64,000 nt of DNA. It comes from Patescibacteria group bacterium. Its GTDB lineage: Bacteria > Patescibacteriota > Minisyncoccia > RBG-13-40-8-A. Below the pieces are notes generated by a model. That model saw only the letters and a list, made by a program, of their open reading frames with translations, made no database searches and was not told the origin of the DNA. Both the position numbers and the translations under genes were made by a program. The DNA lies in contig JAZDGD010000007.1 in the NCBI GenBank assembly GCA_043807255.1, forward strand, positions 17,069-81,068, read 5' to 3'. Shown in pieces: positions 56,008 to 64,000 of the stretch; position 1 is the first letter of the stretch, and every line of letters starts with the position of its first letter.

Positions 56008-58164
56008 ATGAGAATAAAAATGAAATCAAAATTAAACATAAAAACAATATCCGTTATATCTTGCGTGGCTTTAATCTGCCTGATTGTGCCAATAGCCACC
56101 CACGCTGGTGTTGGCGAGACTATAGCAAGATGGCTTTTTAATGGATTGGCAAGCGTCGTGATGGAAATAGCTAAATTGTTTGTGAATTTGGGAATAAAAA
56201 TAATTGATACAATACTGAAGATTGGCTTTTCTGGCGCCTACAGAAGCATAGCGGAAAGTGGTTGGAAAACCTCTCAAGGCATTGCCAATATGTTTTTCAT
56301 TTTAATAATGGTTTTTATTGCGTTCGCAACAATATTGAGGATTGAAAAGTATGGAGTTAAAAAATTATTGCCCAGACTACTTGGTGTGGCCTTATTGATA
56401 AATTTCAGTTTACCTTTAACATATCTGATGATAGATATTAGCAATATAACAGCAAGAACATTTGTAAATCAACTGACCGGATTAGAGAACAACCTTGGTG
56501 GTAGATTAGTAGACGGACTGAGGGCGAATCTTATGTTGATAGATGATACTTGTGATTTGCCAGATAATGAGGTTTGCCCCGGATCAATGCAACGAGAAGA
56601 ACGAGAGGCGTGCTGGACAAAAGTTTACGATGACGAACATGAGTGCGAAAGAAAGCAGAAAATAGCAAAGGCAGCCCAAGCCACTGCGCCCCCTGTTCAA
56701 GATTTTTGGGAAATAGTAGCAACGTCGCTCGTTTCAGCTGGATTTATGATGTTGGCCGCATTAGTCTTAATTGCCGCAGGGTTAATGCTTATAGTTAGAT
56801 TGATATCCTTGGCAATTCTGGTGATACTTGCTCCTCTGGCTTTTATTTGTTATGCAACCCCATCCTTAGATAAATATGCGAAGGAATGGTGGTCTAATTT
56901 ATTGAAATGGTGTTTCTTTGCTCCTGTCTTTACCTTCTTCTTTTGGTTGGCAGTAAAAAATATTGAGAATTTAAAGTCATTAGGACAATACAACTCAAAA
57001 GTTGACGGAGGGTTGACAAGATTTATAGCAAATACTTCGGATTCTGCTGCTTACTTTATATTTCTTGGTTTAATTTTGGGAGGAATGATAGTCGCTCAAA
57101 AATTAGGAGTAACCGGAGCAGCTGCAACGATGGGCATCGCCAAAAAATGGCAAAAAGGTGCAACCGATTGGGCGAAAAGAAAAACAGTCGATAAAGGAGT
57201 TCGCTTGGGTCAAATGGCTGGTGGTGCAGCACAAAGAGCAGGAGGTGGTCTGATTAAAAAAATTCCTGGGTTCAGAACTTATGGAGCAAAAATGGAGGTT
57301 AAAGGAAAAGAAATGCAACAGAAAATGCTTAAAGCCAAAGACGTTGAAAAAGCAAAGAGAATGTATGAGCAATTTTCGCCCGAAGATCTATCTAATGCAA
57401 TGAATAGCAAAGTCATGAATCTAAGTCCTGCTGAAAAACTAGCATTAGCGCAAGTTGCATCTAGCGATAAATTTAAAAATAAAATTGATGCGAAAGCAGC
57501 CGACAGAGCTGCGGGCACTCTTAAGACTTTTGGCTATGGAAAAGAAGCTAATGATCTAAGGGATGCTAGAATAGACAGCGAACAAACTCAGACAGGACTA
57601 GAAAGCAGAATTGATGAGATGCGAGACAAAGGAGAACTTACAAATATGTCAGCAAAAGCACTTGAAGACCCAAGAGTCATTCAGTATTTAGCAAAAATTT
57701 GTAAGGCAGAAGAATTGGAAGCAATACGTAATAAATCAGGAAAACACGGACTTGCCCTTGTCGGCACAGCACCAACCACCGCGAACCCGATGGGTAGTGG
57801 CCTTACAGGAATGGCAAGCACCATCAGCACCACCAATCCAAATTATCAGGCAGTACAACATGCCTATGCATCACAGTCTGGAGACGCACAGTCACTGATG
57901 GCAAGAGGTCAGTTAAATTCATACGCTGCGACAGCTGGAATTAATGCGTTCAGGAGAGATAGATTTAAATTTAGTACTCCTCCAAGTCCTCAAATTGCAG
58001 GATCGCTTGCTGCCAACATCCCGCTTGCCGATCTAAAAGAAACCCTCCAAAAGGCAGATCCAAAATTAGCTGTAGCGGTCGTCGCCGCAATCAGGAGATT
58101 ATTCCCGACGGGACATCCAAAAAGAGCAATGGTGGACAATGATCAATGGCTAAAATCACTGTAA
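56008..58164 (+). CDS. VirB6/TrbL-like polytopic membrane protein with a long hydrophilic C-terminal extension
   Basis: Signal plus at least five TM segments, in a T4SS-like context. Confidence 0.5.
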   Translation: MRIKMKSKLNIKTISVISCVALICLIVPIATHAGVGETIARWLFNGLASVVMEIAKLFVNLGIKIIDTILKIGFSGAYRSIAESGWKTSQGIANMFFILIMVFIAFATILRIEKYGVKKLLPRLLGVALLINFSLPLTYLMIDISNITARTFVNQLTGLENNLGGRLVDGLRANLMLIDDTCDLPDNEVCPGSMQREEREACWTKVYDDEHECERKQKIAKAAQATAPPVQDFWEIVATSLVSAGFMMLAALVLIAAGLMLIVRLISLAILVILAPLAFICYATPSLDKYAKEWWSNLLKWCFFAPVFTFFFWLAVKNIENLKSLGQYNSKVDGGLTRFIANTSDSAAYFIFLGLILGGMIVAQKLGVTGAAATMGIAKKWQKGATDWAKRKTVDKGVRLGQMAGGAAQRAGGGLIKKIPGFRTYGAKMEVKGKEMQQKMLKAKDVEKAKRMYEQFSPEDLSNAMNSKVMNLSPAEKLALAQVASSDKFKNKIDAKAADRAAGTLKTFGYGKEANDLRDARIDSEQTQTGLESRIDEMRDKGELTNMSAKALEDPRVIQYLAKICKAEELEAIRNKSGKHGLALVGTAPTTANPMGSGLTGMASTISTTNPNYQAVQHAYASQSGDAQSLMARGQLNSYAATAGINAFRRDRFKFSTPPSPQIAGSLAANIPLADLKETLQKADPKLAVAVVAAIRRLFPTGHPKRAMVDNDQWLKSL

Positions 58165-58186
58165 TTTGTATTTAAAAATAATCTAG

Positions 58187-58600
58187 ATGCAATTTCAAGT
58201 ACCACAATTTATTGATATTGAGGACAAGGTTATTGGTCCCATGACAATCAAACAATTCCTGTATTTATTAACATCAGGAGTAACAATATTTATTATTTAT
58301 AAGATATTAAATATTGTTGCCACGATAATTTTAGCGATACCAATTGCCGGAATCGGAATTGCTCTCGCCTTCGTAAGGGTTAGCAACCAGCCATTTGTTA
58401 ATTTTATTAAAAACTTTATGGGCTTTATCAAAAAACCCGATTTCTACGTTTGGAAAAAACCGATTGGCAAAAACAATCTTCCCGAACAAACAGAAGAACG
58501 CGTCGAAATCATAAAGAAAATGCCAGCAAAGACCAAATTAAACCAAGAAACAAAAGATAATTTGCAGGATATGAGTTGGAAAGTAGAAATTGAAAAATAA
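58187..58600 (+). CDS. PrgI-family (VirB3-like) small membrane protein
   Basis: MQFQVPQFIDIEDKVIGPMTIKQF followed by two TM segments. Confidence 0.6.
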   Translation: MQFQVPQFIDIEDKVIGPMTIKQFLYLLTSGVTIFIIYKILNIVATIILAIPIAGIGIALAFVRVSNQPFVNFIKNFMGFIKKPDFYVWKKPIGKNNLPEQTEERVEIIKKMPAKTKLNQETKDNLQDMSWKVEIEK

Positions 58601-59243
58601 TAATTCTATGCCCACAAACACAAAACTTCCGAAGAACGCCAGCGCGGTGCAAAAATTTGTTGAAATCCAGGAAATCAAAAATGGATTAGCAATAATGAAA
58701 GACAACAGCATCAGATCTGTCTGTGCTTGTTCATCTATAAATTTTGATTTATTAAGCCAAACCGAACAAGAAGCTGTTATTAATCGTTTTCAAGAATTTT
58801 TGAATTCCATTGACTTCCCCCTGCAAATCATCGTTGCCTCCCGTCATTTTCAAGTTGAAGGGTATTTAAATCAAATTCGCGAATTAGAAAAAGTCCAAAC
58901 CAATGAATTGTTAAAAATCCAGACCAATGAATATATCAATTTCGTCGATAGCTTTGTGGAATTTGCAAACATAATGAATAAATCATTCTATGTAATCGTA
59001 CCGTTTAATATTGTTGAAACAAAAGATGAAGGATTTATGACAAGAATAAAGAATATTGTTAGTTCCAGTAAGCCAAAAAAAACTAGATTCGAACCAGAAA
59101 AACTAAGTCAGTATAAAGCACAATTAGATCAAAGAATTAATTTGGTCGCTCAAGGACTTCAGGCGTTAGGAATAAAAACCATTCCCTTAAATGATGAACA
59201 GCTAACGCAGTTATATTTCGAGTTTTATAATATCGAAAAGTAA
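58590..59243 (+). CDS. VirB4/TrbE-like N-terminal domain, encoded separately from the ATPase domain
   Basis: Same reading frame as 59289..61067; separated from it by TAA and TGA stops. Confidence 0.45.
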   Translation: MKNNNSMPTNTKLPKNASAVQKFVEIQEIKNGLAIMKDNSIRSVCACSSINFDLLSQTEQEAVINRFQEFLNSIDFPLQIIVASRHFQVEGYLNQIRELEKVQTNELLKIQTNEYINFVDSFVEFANIMNKSFYVIVPFNIVETKDEGFMTRIKNIVSSSKPKKTRFEPEKLSQYKAQLDQRINLVAQGLQALGIKTIPLNDEQLTQLYFEFYNIEK

Positions 59244-59288
59244 TCATCCGCAATCCGCTGATTAGCATTAAATTCGCATATTCGCATT

Positions 59289-61067
59289 ATGTTCAGAAAA
59301 AAACAAACAATAGATAAAATTGCTGAAATTGAGGAAACAAAAGAAATTGAAAGCACGTTGGCAGATACAATTTCTCCTTCGGCTCTTCAAATTACTTCAA
59401 ATTATATTCAAATCGGTGAAAAATTCGCCCGAACGTTTTTTATAATTACCTATCCCCGATTCTTAACTGTAAATTGGTTATCGCCGATTATCAATTTGGA
59501 CAGAATATTTAATTTGGCAATGTTTGTGCATCCTACTGACACGGGAATAATTTTAAAAAAATTAAGACGCAAGGTAACTCAAATTCAATCACAAATCAAC
59601 TCCGAACAAGAGGCGGGAAAAGTTAGAAATCCGATTTTGGAAACTGCCAGCAGTGATGTTGAAGACCTGCGAGACAAATTAATTCAGGGAACGGAAAAAT
59701 TTTTTAAATACTCACTTTATATCACCATCTTTGAAGATTCTCTTGAAAAACTCAATGAAGCAGAAGAACAAATTATGGGAATCTTTGAGGCAAAGATGAT
59801 TTATGCCAAACCAGCGATATTCCAACAACAAATTGGATTAAATTCTACATTCCCGTTCGGCAAAGACCAATTATTTATTACTAATTCTCTAAACACCGCC
59901 CCACTTTCAACTATCTTTCCATTTGTCTCTTCTAATCTGTCGTCAAATAAAGGAATCCTCTATGGAATCAATCGCCACAATAACAGCTTGATAATTTTCG
60001 ATAGATTTTCGATGGAAAATGGCAATATGGTGATTTTTGGAAAATCAGGAGGAGGAAAGTCGTATGCAGTAAAAGTAGAAATTTTAAGATCTTTGATGTT
60101 TGGAACTGACGTAATAGTTGTTGACCCAGAAAACGAATATCAACATTTGGCCGAAACAGTTGATGGCGCATACTTTAAAATATCACTAACCTCCGATAGT
60201 CATATTAATCCTTTTGACCTTTCAATTCCCGATGGAGACGAAACAACCGAAGATGTTGTGCGTTCAAAAATAATGGATTTAATTGGCCTTTTAAGAGTTG
60301 CCCTGGGAGAATTAACCCCCGAAGAGAATTCCATTTTAGACAGGGCATTAACCGAAACATACGCCTCAAAAGATATTACTTTCCAATCAGACCTTAAAAA
60401 TATCACGCCACCACTAATGCAAGACCTGGAAACAGTTTTAAATAATATGGAAGGAGGTGACAGAATTGCTAAGCGACTCGAAAGATACACCAAGGGCAGT
60501 TTCGCGGGATTTTTGAACCAGCCCACAAATATTGATATTAACAAAGGCCTTATTGTTTTCAGCACTCGAGATATGGAAGACGAATTAAAACCAGTAGCGA
60601 TGTATTTAATCTTACAATATATATGGAATTTAATCCGCTCTCAATTAAAAAAACGCATTATGATTGTCGACGAGGCCTGGTGGATGTTAAAGAGTGAGGC
60701 GGGGGGATCATTTTTGCACGGCATAGCCAAAAGATGCAGAAAATATTGGCTTGGGTTGACCACAATTACTCAAGACATCCCCGATTTTATGAATTCTGCC
60801 TACGGCAAACCAATTGTCTCTAATTCTTCGATTCAAATACTTTTCAAACAATCCCCTTCAACGATTGAGGTTGTGCAACAAACATTTAATTTGACTGATG
60901 AAGAAAAATATTTATTATTGCAAGCAGACGTTGGTGAAGGAATTTTCTTCGCTGGATTAAAACATGCCGCAATAAAGGTGGTTGCATCCTATACTGAAGA
61001 TCAAATTGTTACGACCAATCCAGAACAAATCGCAAAAATTAATCAAGCAAAAGAGGATTTAAAATAA
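59289..61067 (+). CDS. VirB4/TraC/TrbE-family conjugation or T4SS ATPase (C-terminal ATPase part)
   Basis: Walker A FGKSGGGKS and Walker B VVDEAW. Confidence 0.75.
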   Translation: MFRKKQTIDKIAEIEETKEIESTLADTISPSALQITSNYIQIGEKFARTFFIITYPRFLTVNWLSPIINLDRIFNLAMFVHPTDTGIILKKLRRKVTQIQSQINSEQEAGKVRNPILETASSDVEDLRDKLIQGTEKFFKYSLYITIFEDSLEKLNEAEEQIMGIFEAKMIYAKPAIFQQQIGLNSTFPFGKDQLFITNSLNTAPLSTIFPFVSSNLSSNKGILYGINRHNNSLIIFDRFSMENGNMVIFGKSGGGKSYAVKVEILRSLMFGTDVIVVDPENEYQHLAETVDGAYFKISLTSDSHINPFDLSIPDGDETTEDVVRSKIMDLIGLLRVALGELTPEENSILDRALTETYASKDITFQSDLKNITPPLMQDLETVLNNMEGGDRIAKRLERYTKGSFAGFLNQPTNIDINKGLIVFSTRDMEDELKPVAMYLILQYIWNLIRSQLKKRIMIVDEAWWMLKSEAGGSFLHGIAKRCRKYWLGLTTITQDIPDFMNSAYGKPIVSNSSIQILFKQSPSTIEVVQQTFNLTDEEKYLLLQADVGEGIFFAGLKHAAIKVVASYTEDQIVTTNPEQIAKINQAKEDLK

Positions 61068-61068
61068 T

Positions 61069-61359
61069 ATGAACGAGAGAGCAATAACCGAAAAACTAAA
61101 TCAAGAGAGAGCTAAAACTCAGAGACAAGACGGAGTAGGAGCAAAAACCTCTTCCGATAAAACACCGAACACCGGTCTCGGGATTATTATGTTAATGTTT
61201 GCAATTATTGGATTGATACCTGGCATAGGCATGATCGTGAGAGGAACACTAAAATTACAGCAAAAAATGGGGCATCCAAAAAATAAAAATAGTTTAATTT
61301 CGAAATTGCCTGGCAATATTCCCAATGTATTATCTATGTTTTTTACAAAATCAAAATAA
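61069..61359 (+). CDS. small membrane protein, hypothetical
   Basis: ORF plus TM. Confidence 0.4.
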   Translation: MNERAITEKLNQERAKTQRQDGVGAKTSSDKTPNTGLGIIMLMFAIIGLIPGIGMIVRGTLKLQQKMGHPKNKNSLISKLPGNIPNVLSMFFTKSK

Positions 61360-61386
61360 AAATAATTTTAAAAATTTAAAAATTTT

Positions 61387-62124
61387 ATGAAAGAGAAAAT
61401 TTATCTTGTAATGGCAATCATATTAATCTTCATGCCATCAATGAATGTTTTGGCGGAAGATTCTATTCCTTTGATACAGAACTTATTGCCATCAAGGACA
61501 ACCACGAACGCAGATCAGCCAGCGATTAGTTTGAATATGCTCGAACTGGTATGGAACGCTGAGACATACACTCCTTTAGAATACCAAGGCAGAGCACTGC
61601 CAACCAAAGGATCAATGGTTGATGTTGACGCCGTAATATCTGTCTCTGGGGGGAGTACGAGCAATTTAAAATTTAGTTGGTTCTTAGATGACACGTTTCA
61701 AGAATCTAAGTCCGGATATGGAAAGACCTCATTTAGGTTCGGCGTAAGAAAGTTCAGTGGTTCATCGCACAATGTATTGGTTAAAATTTTCAACGACGAC
61801 AGGTCATTTTACACGGAAAAATCAATCGACATACCAATCTGCGAACCAGAAGTTGTCCTAACGCAATCCAACACCAACTTGCTTTCCATCGTTGCCAAAC
61901 CATACTTCTTCTATATTAAAAAATTAACTGATTTAATTTTTGAATGGACGCTTGCGGGACAAGAACCAATTATTTCTTCTAATTATAATGCTAGCATCCT
62001 AGATATCAGTATTTCAAACAGAGATACCACCGAAACAGCAGAGCAGACAATTAATCTCAGCGTCAAAAGGAATTCAACACAAATTATACAGAATGCGTAT
62101 AATTCAATTAAAATTAACCTCTAA
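61387..62124 (+). CDS. secreted hypothetical protein (signal peptide)
   Basis: ORF plus signal peptide. Confidence 0.4.
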   Translation: MKEKIYLVMAIILIFMPSMNVLAEDSIPLIQNLLPSRTTTNADQPAISLNMLELVWNAETYTPLEYQGRALPTKGSMVDVDAVISVSGGSTSNLKFSWFLDDTFQESKSGYGKTSFRFGVRKFSGSSHNVLVKIFNDDRSFYTEKSIDIPICEPEVVLTQSNTNLLSIVAKPYFFYIKKLTDLIFEWTLAGQEPIISSNYNASILDISISNRDTTETAEQTINLSVKRNSTQIIQNAYNSIKINL

Positions 62125-62492
62125 TGAAGATGAAAAAAACTATACTTTTTACAATTATAATCTTTACATTTTTAATAATTGCTCAGAATTGCTTGGCGGT
62201 TGAATTACTATTGAAATGGCCAGAAATCGGAGGAGCAAAACTTGGAGAACAAAGCAGTGTGCCTGAACTTATAAAATATATTTACACATTCGCCTTAGCG
62301 ATTTGTGGAATAACCGCATTGATATCTATCGTTTATGGTGCCGCACAATACACTTTCTCTGCCGGTAACGCTTCTAAGGCAGAGGACGCCAAAAAAAGAA
62401 TAACCGACGCATTGTTAGGAATTTTAATACTTTTATTCGCAGTCTTAATTTTAAATACAATTAACCCGGATTTAATTAATCTGACACTATAA
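62124..62492 (+). CDS. VirB2/TrbC-like pilin candidate (signal peptide plus two TM hairpin)
   Basis: Topology and size. Confidence 0.45.
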   Translation: MKMKKTILFTIIIFTFLIIAQNCLAVELLLKWPEIGGAKLGEQSSVPELIKYIYTFALAICGITALISIVYGAAQYTFSAGNASKAEDAKKRITDALLGILILLFAVLILNTINPDLINLTL

Positions 62493-62509
62493 TAAATTTA
62501 TAAAACCAT

Positions 62510-63685
62510 ATGAATACAAAACTTAAAAAAATCTTAATCATTATCGTAATAATCCTAATTATCGCCTTAGCTGGACTATTAATTTATAATTTTTTAATCA
62601 AAAAAGATGCCCAGCTAGACGACAACAATGGCAATCTCCCTGGCGAACAACCAAACTCAAATAACGACCAGAATCAAAATCAAGGAAATATTGAGCAACC
62701 AATATCAGAACGAAAAATTATAGCAATTAGTATGGACCCCGTGCTTTCTCCAACAACAACTAACAACAAAACCAGTGTAATCTATTATTCTAAAATCAAT
62801 GGCAATATTATTCAGTCAGATTTCGATGGATTAAACAAAATTACAGTTTCTGATACAAATTTAGATAATCTAATCAAGGTTATTTGGTCGCCAGATAAAA
62901 ATAAGACCCTGACCACATTTCAAGACAACTTAGAAAATGTTAGCAAGTACCATTATAATCTTTCTGACAAAAAGAGTTCTCCTCTAAATCAAAACATTGA
63001 TTATATTTCTTGGTCTTCAGATAGCTCAAAGATTGCCTATCAATATCAGAACGCGACCACAGACGAAAACACAATTAACACGTCGAACCCTGACGGATCA
63101 AGGTATTCTGCAATTTTTAAAACCAGAATGAAGGACTTAATCGTTGAATGGCCAAAGGGCTCAACTATTTATTTGCGCGAAAAACCCTCTGGGCTAGCCA
63201 AAAGTAACCTGTATTCGTTAAATTCTCTGTCTAAAGCGTTTAATAAGGTAATTTCCGATATCTATGGCTTTAGTTTAAAATGGTCGGTTGCCGGGGACAA
63301 AATACTTTATTCAAAGACAGGTTCTAAGGGAGAAAATATTGCTTTATTTATTGCTAGTGCTAATGGATCCGGAGAAAAAGCAATGAATGTTCAAACATTG
63401 GTTGAAAAATGTACGTGGTCTCAAGACACCAGATACATATTCTGTGCGATACCAAACAATATTAAAGATGCAAAAGTTTTACCTGATGATTTTTACAAAG
63501 GAACATTTGTTGGGGATGACGGATTCTATAAGATTAATACGGAAACCGGCGAGAAAATCAATTTGCTTGAAAGTGAGGGCCTAAACGAATTTTATGACGC
63601 AAACGAACTATTTCTTTCATCAAATGAAGATTATCTATTCTTTGTAAATAAAAATAACGGCTTATTATACCGCATAAAGATTTAA
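62510..63685 (+). CDS. secreted protein with an Asn/Gln-rich linker and TolB/PD40-like beta-propeller repeats
   Basis: WSPDKNK and WSSDSSKIAY repeats. Confidence 0.45.
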   Translation: MNTKLKKILIIIVIILIIALAGLLIYNFLIKKDAQLDDNNGNLPGEQPNSNNDQNQNQGNIEQPISERKIIAISMDPVLSPTTTNNKTSVIYYSKINGNIIQSDFDGLNKITVSDTNLDNLIKVIWSPDKNKTLTTFQDNLENVSKYHYNLSDKKSSPLNQNIDYISWSSDSSKIAYQYQNATTDENTINTSNPDGSRYSAIFKTRMKDLIVEWPKGSTIYLREKPSGLAKSNLYSLNSLSKAFNKVISDIYGFSLKWSVAGDKILYSKTGSKGENIALFIASANGSGEKAMNVQTLVEKCTWSQDTRYIFCAIPNNIKDAKVLPDDFYKGTFVGDDGFYKINTETGEKINLLESEGLNEFYDANELFLSSNEDYLFFVNKNNGLLYRIKI

Positions 63686-63717
63686 CAAATTATATCTTAA
63701 AAGAGTCCTCGATTTTA

Positions 63718-64000
63718 TCAGGACTCTTTTTTATTTACTAACATTAATCCGATAATAACCCAAAAGACAATAGATAAATCGTTTTTCCAATAAGTTGTAT
63801 CAACTAATCCGTGAGCAAAAATATAAACCATTAGACACAGGACTACCAAATGGCGCCAGCCTACGGCTGGTCGTCCGCAGGACGAAAAGAACCATATCAA
63901 TATTAATAAAAATCCAATAAATCCAATTAATCCTGTTTGAATCAAAAATGCTAAAAATATATTATGTGGTTGTGGCACCCCCCATTTGGGATAGGGCGGA
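63718..64000 (-). CDS. C-terminal part of an O-antigen-ligase (Wzy_C) family membrane protein. Partial: it continues past the window end
   Basis: HNIFLAFLIQTGLIG matches HNxxL..L.E.G..G. The frame stays open to position 64000. Confidence 0.5.
   Translation of the reverse strand, partial: PPYPKWGVPQPHNIFLAFLIQTGLIGFIGFLLILIWFFSSCGRPAVGWRHLVVLCLMVYIFAHGLVDTTYWKNDLSIVFWVIIGLMLVNKKES

Noticed and set aside
1-64000. Alternative genetic code (UGA recoding), as seen in some CPR lineages
   Set aside because: TGA terminates several well-delimited genes (for example 32253..32495), and long ORFs contain no in-frame TGA. The standard bacterial code fits.
1-64000. CRISPR arrays and rRNA genes
   Set aside because: No regularly spaced direct repeats and no rRNA-like conserved blocks were seen.

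Overview
This is a low-GC, AT-rich bacterial window with compact genes and the hallmarks of a reduced CPR/Patescibacteria-like genome, including frequent SD-less or leaderless starts, PrgI/VirB4/VirB6/pilin-like genes and no encoded CCA on most tRNAs. Housekeeping genes are gpmI, the unusual cluster nusA-tig-clpP, yraN, rnj, cca, rpsO, pnp, comM/yifB, pcrA, rsmA and lnt. On the minus strand sits a cell-envelope polysaccharide cluster of glycosyltransferases, an NTP-transferase, an epimerase, a methyltransferase and a kinase-like gene, next to a MacAB-type efflux operon. There are five minus-strand tRNAs: Ala-CGC, Pro-CGG, Lys-UUU, Lys-CUU and Arg-UCG. A T4SS-like locus spans about 53-63.7 kb. 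The features that stand out are listed below.
- Several families of short GC-rich palindromic repeats sit both in intergenic DNA and in-frame inside essential genes (gpmI, nusA twice, cca twice, pnp, rsmA three times), much like Rickettsia palindromic elements.
- NusA is fused to a C-terminal NUDIX domain, and a near-identical 76-bp repeat marks the domain junction.
- A complete LexA (HTH plus S24 peptidase) is fused to a C5-cytosine methyltransferase and lies convergent with a small candidate restriction endonuclease.
- A conserved 12-mer AGTTATCCACAG, which contains a perfect DnaA box, sits exactly 9 nt upstream of the -35 hexamer at three promoters. One of these drives a roughly 75-nt candidate sRNA.
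- A HigBA-like toxin-antitoxin cassette at the comM 3' end is flanked by 47-bp direct repeats whose differences are all at synonymous or conservative codon positions. Hypothetical genes follow it, including a PD-(D/E)xK-like protein.
- A radical-SAM/SPASM enzyme with a PqqD-like N-terminal extension is translationally coupled to a four-TM protein.
- Two near-identical tRNA-Lys genes flank an HTH/LAGLIDADG-like ORF.
- A GC-rich structured island with a duplicated tRNA 3' end including CCA lies downstream of tRNA-Ala.
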